The notes under the pieces are model-generated. The model worked only from the letters and a program-made list of their open reading frames with translations, did not search any database and was not told the origin of the DNA. From assembly GCF_009914755.1 (NCBI RefSeq), contig NC_060931.1: a DNA stretch of 64,000 nucleotides. The stretch is one strand, 5' to 3'. Shown here one piece after another: positions 58,942 through 64,000 of the stretch. Source of the DNA: the human T2T-CHM13v2.0 reference genome, Homo sapiens. Numbering within the stretch: position 1 is the stretch's first letter; every line of letters starts with the position of its first letter. The translations under genes and the position numbers were made by a program.

Positions 58942-60611
58942 CTACGTGTAACACACACACACATACTCCTCATCCATGCTTTTCTCTCATTCATTTAACC
59001 AGTTAGGCTTTTCTTACTAAGCTTAAATTTCCACTTTAGTATTATTTTTCCTGCTAGCCATATTTTTTATTGAGATATATTTTAGATAATAAAATTTGAC
59101 ATAACATAAAAGTCATTTTAAAGTGTACAAAGTGGTTTTTAGTATATTCACAAGCTTATAGAACTACCACCATTATCCAATTCCAGAGTGTTTTATCACC
59201 CCAAAAAGAAACCTGCACCCATTAGCAGTAACTGCCCGCTAGCTCCCAGCCCCTGACAACCATTAATTTGCTATCAATTTGCCTACTCCAGACATTTCAT
59301 ATAAATGGAATCATATAACACATGACTTTCTGTGCCTGCCTTCTTTCCCTCAGTGTATACTGTTTGCAAGGTTTGCCCATGTTCTAGCATGTGTTGGTAC
59401 TTCATTTCTTTTTGTGGTCGAATAATCCAATGTATAGATGGACCACATTTTATTTGTTCATCAGTTGATGTACATTTAAGTTGTTTCCAATTATGAACAA
59501 TGCTGCTGTGAATACATGTTTTCAATTTTCCTGGGTATATACCTAGGTATAGAATTGCTGAGTCATGTAATAGCTGAATTTTTTGAGGCACTGCCAGACT
59601 GTTCCATAGTGGCTGTGCCATTTCATATTCTCACCAACAGTGTATGAAACTTTCAGTTTCTCCATATCCTCACCAACATTTGTTATTTTCATTTTTAAAA
59701 AAAATTATAGCCATCCCAGTGGATGTGAAGTAGTATCTTGCAGTTTTTGACTTGCATTTCTCTAACAACTAATGATGTGTAGAATCTTTTTTGTGTTTAT
59801 TGCCATTTGTATATCTTCTTTGGAGAAATGTTTGATCAAATTCTTTGCCCATTTTTCAGTTGGGTTATTTGTCTTTTTGTTGTTGAGTCGTAAGAATTCT
59901 TTTAATATTCTGTATACTAGATCCTTATCAAATATGTAATTTACAAATGTTTTTTCCCATTCTGTGGGTTGTCTTCTTACTTTCTTATATACACACATTT
60001 TTAATTTTGATGAAGCCTATTTTATCTATTTTTTCTTTATATTGTTTGTGGTTTTGGTGTCATTTTTAAGGAATCATTGCCTAGTCTGAGGCCAAGGACT
60101 ATTCTCTCCCTATTGTTTGGTGCTGGCAAACTTGTCAAAAGTCAGTTGGCCATAGGTATATATGGGTTTATTTCTGGATTCTCAATTATTTTCCAGTGAT
60201 CTGTATATCTTTACTATGCCAGTATCACACTGTCTGGATTACTGTTGTTTTGCAGTAAATCTTGAAATCGAGACCCCTAACTTCGTTTTATTTTCCCCCA
60301 AGATTATATTGGCTATTCTGGATCCCTTATGTTACCTTATGAATTTCAAGATCAGCTTGTCCATTTCTACAAAAAGTGCAGTTGAGATTTTGATAAGGAT
60401 TGCACTGAATCTATAGATTGCTTTGGGGAGTATTGCCATCTCAGCAGTATTTTAAGTCTCCCACTCCATGAACATGGGATGTCTTTTCATCTATTTAGGT
60501 TGTCTTTTCTTTCAACTGTGTCTCATGGTTTTCAGTGTATGCATCTTCTACTACTTTCAATTTATTCCTAGTTTATTCTTTTTGATGCTATTATAAATGG
60601 AATTGGTTTTT

Positions 60612-60906
<295 letters not shown>

Positions 60907-60927
60907 GAGTTGTTTTCTTAATTTCAC

Positions 60928-61206
60928 TTTTTTCTGTTTTTTTGAGACAGGGTCTCTTGCTCAGGCTGGAGTGCAATGGTGCAGTCATAGCTCACTGCGG
61001 TATCAAATGATCCTCTCTCCTCAGCCTCCTGAGTAGCTGGCACTACAGGCGCTTGCCACCATGCTCAGCTAATTTTTGTATTTTTTGTAGAGATGGTGTT
61101 TCACTGTGTTGCCCAGATTGGTCTTGAACTCCTGGGCTCAAGTGACACTTTCACCTTGGCCTCCCAAAGTGCTGGGATTACACAGGCATGAGCCACCATG
61201 CCAGCC
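60928..61206 (-). mobile_element. AluJ-like
   Basis: Antisense Alu consensus. Confidence 0.88.
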
Positions 61207-61255
61207 TGTTCCACTTTCTGATTGCTCGTTGCTAATGTATAGAAGTACAACTAAG

Positions 61256-61573
<318 letters not shown>

Positions 61574-63087
61574 TTATTGTATTTTGATTCTGTTTCCTAT
61601 AACATTGCTAAATGTTTATTAGCTCTAATTTATTAGCTCAAATAGTTTTTGGGGGGATTCCTTAGAGTTTTTTGATATACTGTCATATCATCTATAAATA
61701 CAGGCAGTTTTGCTTCTTCCTTTTCTTATTTGGCTGCCTTTTATTTCTTTTTTGTTTGTCTTTGTTTTTGCCTGATTCTTCTGGCTAGAATTTGTGGCAA
61801 GAACAAGCATCCTTGTCTTGTTACTGCCCTTATTGGGAAAGCTTCCAGTCTTTTACTGTTTAACTGTGATGTTAAAGAGTGATGGTGTTAGCTGTGAGCT
61901 TTTACTAGATGTCCTTTATCAGACTAAAGAGGTTCCCTTTTATTCTTAGTTTATTGAATTTTGTATCATGCAAGAGTGTTGTATTTTGTCAAAATGCTTT
62001 TTCTACTCTGTCAAAATAACTGCTTTTTTGTCTGTTAATATGGTGTATTGCACTGATGTTGAACCACCCTGGTGTTCTTAGGGTGAGTCCCACTTGGTCA
62101 TGGTATATAATCCTTTTTCTATGTTGTTGGGTTTAGCTTGCCGGTATTTTCTCGAGTTTTGCATTTATATTCATAAGGGATATTGCTCCATTGTTTTCTC
62201 AAGATGTTCGTTTGGTTTTCGTGTCTGGCTAATCCTGGCCTTATGGACTGAGTTAGGAAAGTCATTTTGAATGACTATTTTGTAATCATTCTTCGAATTA
62301 CTCCTAAATATATCTTCAGATTCTAATAACAAAATGAGTTTGTGCCTTTGTAGGTTGGAGGCCTGGTTGCCCCCTAGACTGTGGGGAGGGCTGTGCAGAC
62401 GGGTCCTGAGGACAGGGCTGACAGGTGTGGACTGTCAGGTCTTTGCTTGGCTGCTTCTGATCAGGATTTTAGGCCAGTCTCCTGAGTGGTTCTCAGTGTT
62501 AGAACTCCCTCAGGAGGCTGCCGCTGCTCTCTCCTTTCTGCCCACAGTAGATGCTGTCCAATCAGACCTGGCTCAGGAAGTGGGCACCCCCGCACCCTGC
62601 TCTAGATGCAGTGGGCAGTATTCGAATGGCTGCTGGCAGTTCTGGGTCAGTTACTAGACTAGAGAGAGGCCTCTCGCTTTGACAGCTTTCACCACGTATC
62701 CTCAGACCAGAATGGGTACCCATTATGACGACAGGACTCCACTGCCCGTGGGTTGTAAGAGTCCGTGTGACTCTGTGAGTGCCCTCAGGCTGGTCCCTTG
62801 GATTTCATGGGATCATAAAGCTGTGAGGCTGAAGGAGGGCTGGGAAGCGTTTACCACACCCACCATTCACAGATGAGAGGCCACACAACGTGCTTGAGTG
62901 CATCAAAGGCAAGTTGACAAGGTCGCCTGCCGCTGAGCCCCACTGTTCTCATGAGCAGGACATTATTTTCAGTCTTGCTGGGCAGCTCTTTAATATTTCT
63001 TTTGTGATGATCAGTGTCCAAGATGAGCTGTCAGGCACTTAAGAAGTGAAGAGTTCCTGAAGATTTCATTGTGCATGGTTTCCAATA

Positions 63088-63313
63088 CAGGTTCAACATC
63101 CCTAATCCAAAAATCCAGATTCCAGAATGCTCCACAATCCAAACATTTTTGAGCACCAACATGATGCTCAAAAAAAAAAAAAAAAAAAGCTCATGGCGCA
63201 GTTGAAATTTCGGATTTTCCAATCAGGGCTGCTGAATCTGTAAATCCAGTGCAGTATTCCGAAATCCAAACACTTCTAGTCCCAGGCATTTCAGATAAGG
63301 GTTACTCAACCTG
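63088..63313 (-). mobile_element. Tigger4a/MER46-like MITE
   Basis: TIRs CAGGTTcAacATCCCT / AGGGtTACTCAACCTG, TA flank on the left; internal A-run expansion. Confidence 0.82.
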
Positions 63314-63585
63314 ATTTAAGTATAACAGAATTGTTCATTTCTATTATTGTGTGATCAAGGCCAGAAAGGGGTTGATTTCACTTCTAGAAGTCAGGGTGGA
63401 AGGAAGCAGTAAATTTAGTGAACTTCTAAGAAGTACCAACTTTTTTTTCCTTCCAGCATACTCTTCTTTTGGGTGATTTTTTTTTTTTTTTTTAATGGAA
63501 AATGGACTGTGAGGTTGCCTGTGGTGGTTATTGCAAAGAAAAATGCATTTTCCCTTTAACTTCCTCTTTTTCTCTTTAATTGCAG

Positions 63586-63633
63586 GACATTTTGGCGCAA
63601 GTTTTACAGATTTTATTAAAGTCGAAGCTATTG
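63586..63633 (+). CDS. CUL1: CUL1 exon 18 (48 nt; DILAQVLQILLKSKLL)
   Basis: attgcag|GAC ... TTG|gtaggt. Confidence 0.97.
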
Positions 63634-63680
63634 GTAGGTTTGCGCCCTTTTATCTTACACTAGAAGAAGCCTTTTCCTGA

Positions 63681-63794
<114 letters not shown>

Positions 63795-64000
63795 TAAGAA
63801 AAATCTAATAAGTAGATGGCCCTTGACCATAGACACGTCCCCCGGGAGCCCTAGCACGGATCTCAGTATTGTTACAAACCAAGGGAGACCGGGGACTCAG
63901 TGTGAAGCGACAGGCACTAGGCTGGGAGTGTGAGGTAGGCCTTTGATTCCATTCAGCGAGCCTGATGTTTCTCCAATTCTGAGCTTCTGGGATTTTTATT

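Noticed and set aside
62696-62703. GTATCCTC, a U12-like donor within intron 17
   Set aside because: A 7-mer is expected a few times per 64 kb by chance, and no convincing upstream exon supports it.

Overview
Human (or closely related ape) genomic DNA lying entirely inside CUL1 (cullin-1, scaffold of SCF E3 ubiquitin ligases) on the + strand. The window starts within intron 2 and contains 17 consecutive coding exons, exons 3-19 in the usual numbering. These total 1890 nt and cover about residues 47-677 of the 776-aa protein. All have AG/GT boundaries and compatible phases. The introns are dense in transposed elements: about 35 Alu/FLAM copies, old L1M fragments, a Tigger1 interrupted by an L1PA, MaLR and HERVL solo LTRs with intact target-site duplications (TSDs), several hAT/TcMar elements, and a 3'-truncated tailless 5S rRNA retrocopy. 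No new protein-coding system is evident; the non-CUL1 ORFs are repeat-derived or compositional. The most interesting signals are regulatory. (1) A U12-type branch point at the exon 3 acceptor. (2) A sense MLT2A1 LTR with DUX4-like motifs and a strong splice donor, plus an intragenic CpG island, both upstream of exon 10; either could yield an N-terminally truncated CUL1 starting at Met365. (3) A frame-preserving 294-nt exon 8-9 circRNA candidate. (4) A possible U12-to-U2 converted intron 17. (5) An acceptor-(UG)17-AATAAA cryptic exon architecture in intron 2. Repeat subfamily names come from recalled consensus sequences, not a database search, and the ends of old repeats are approximate.
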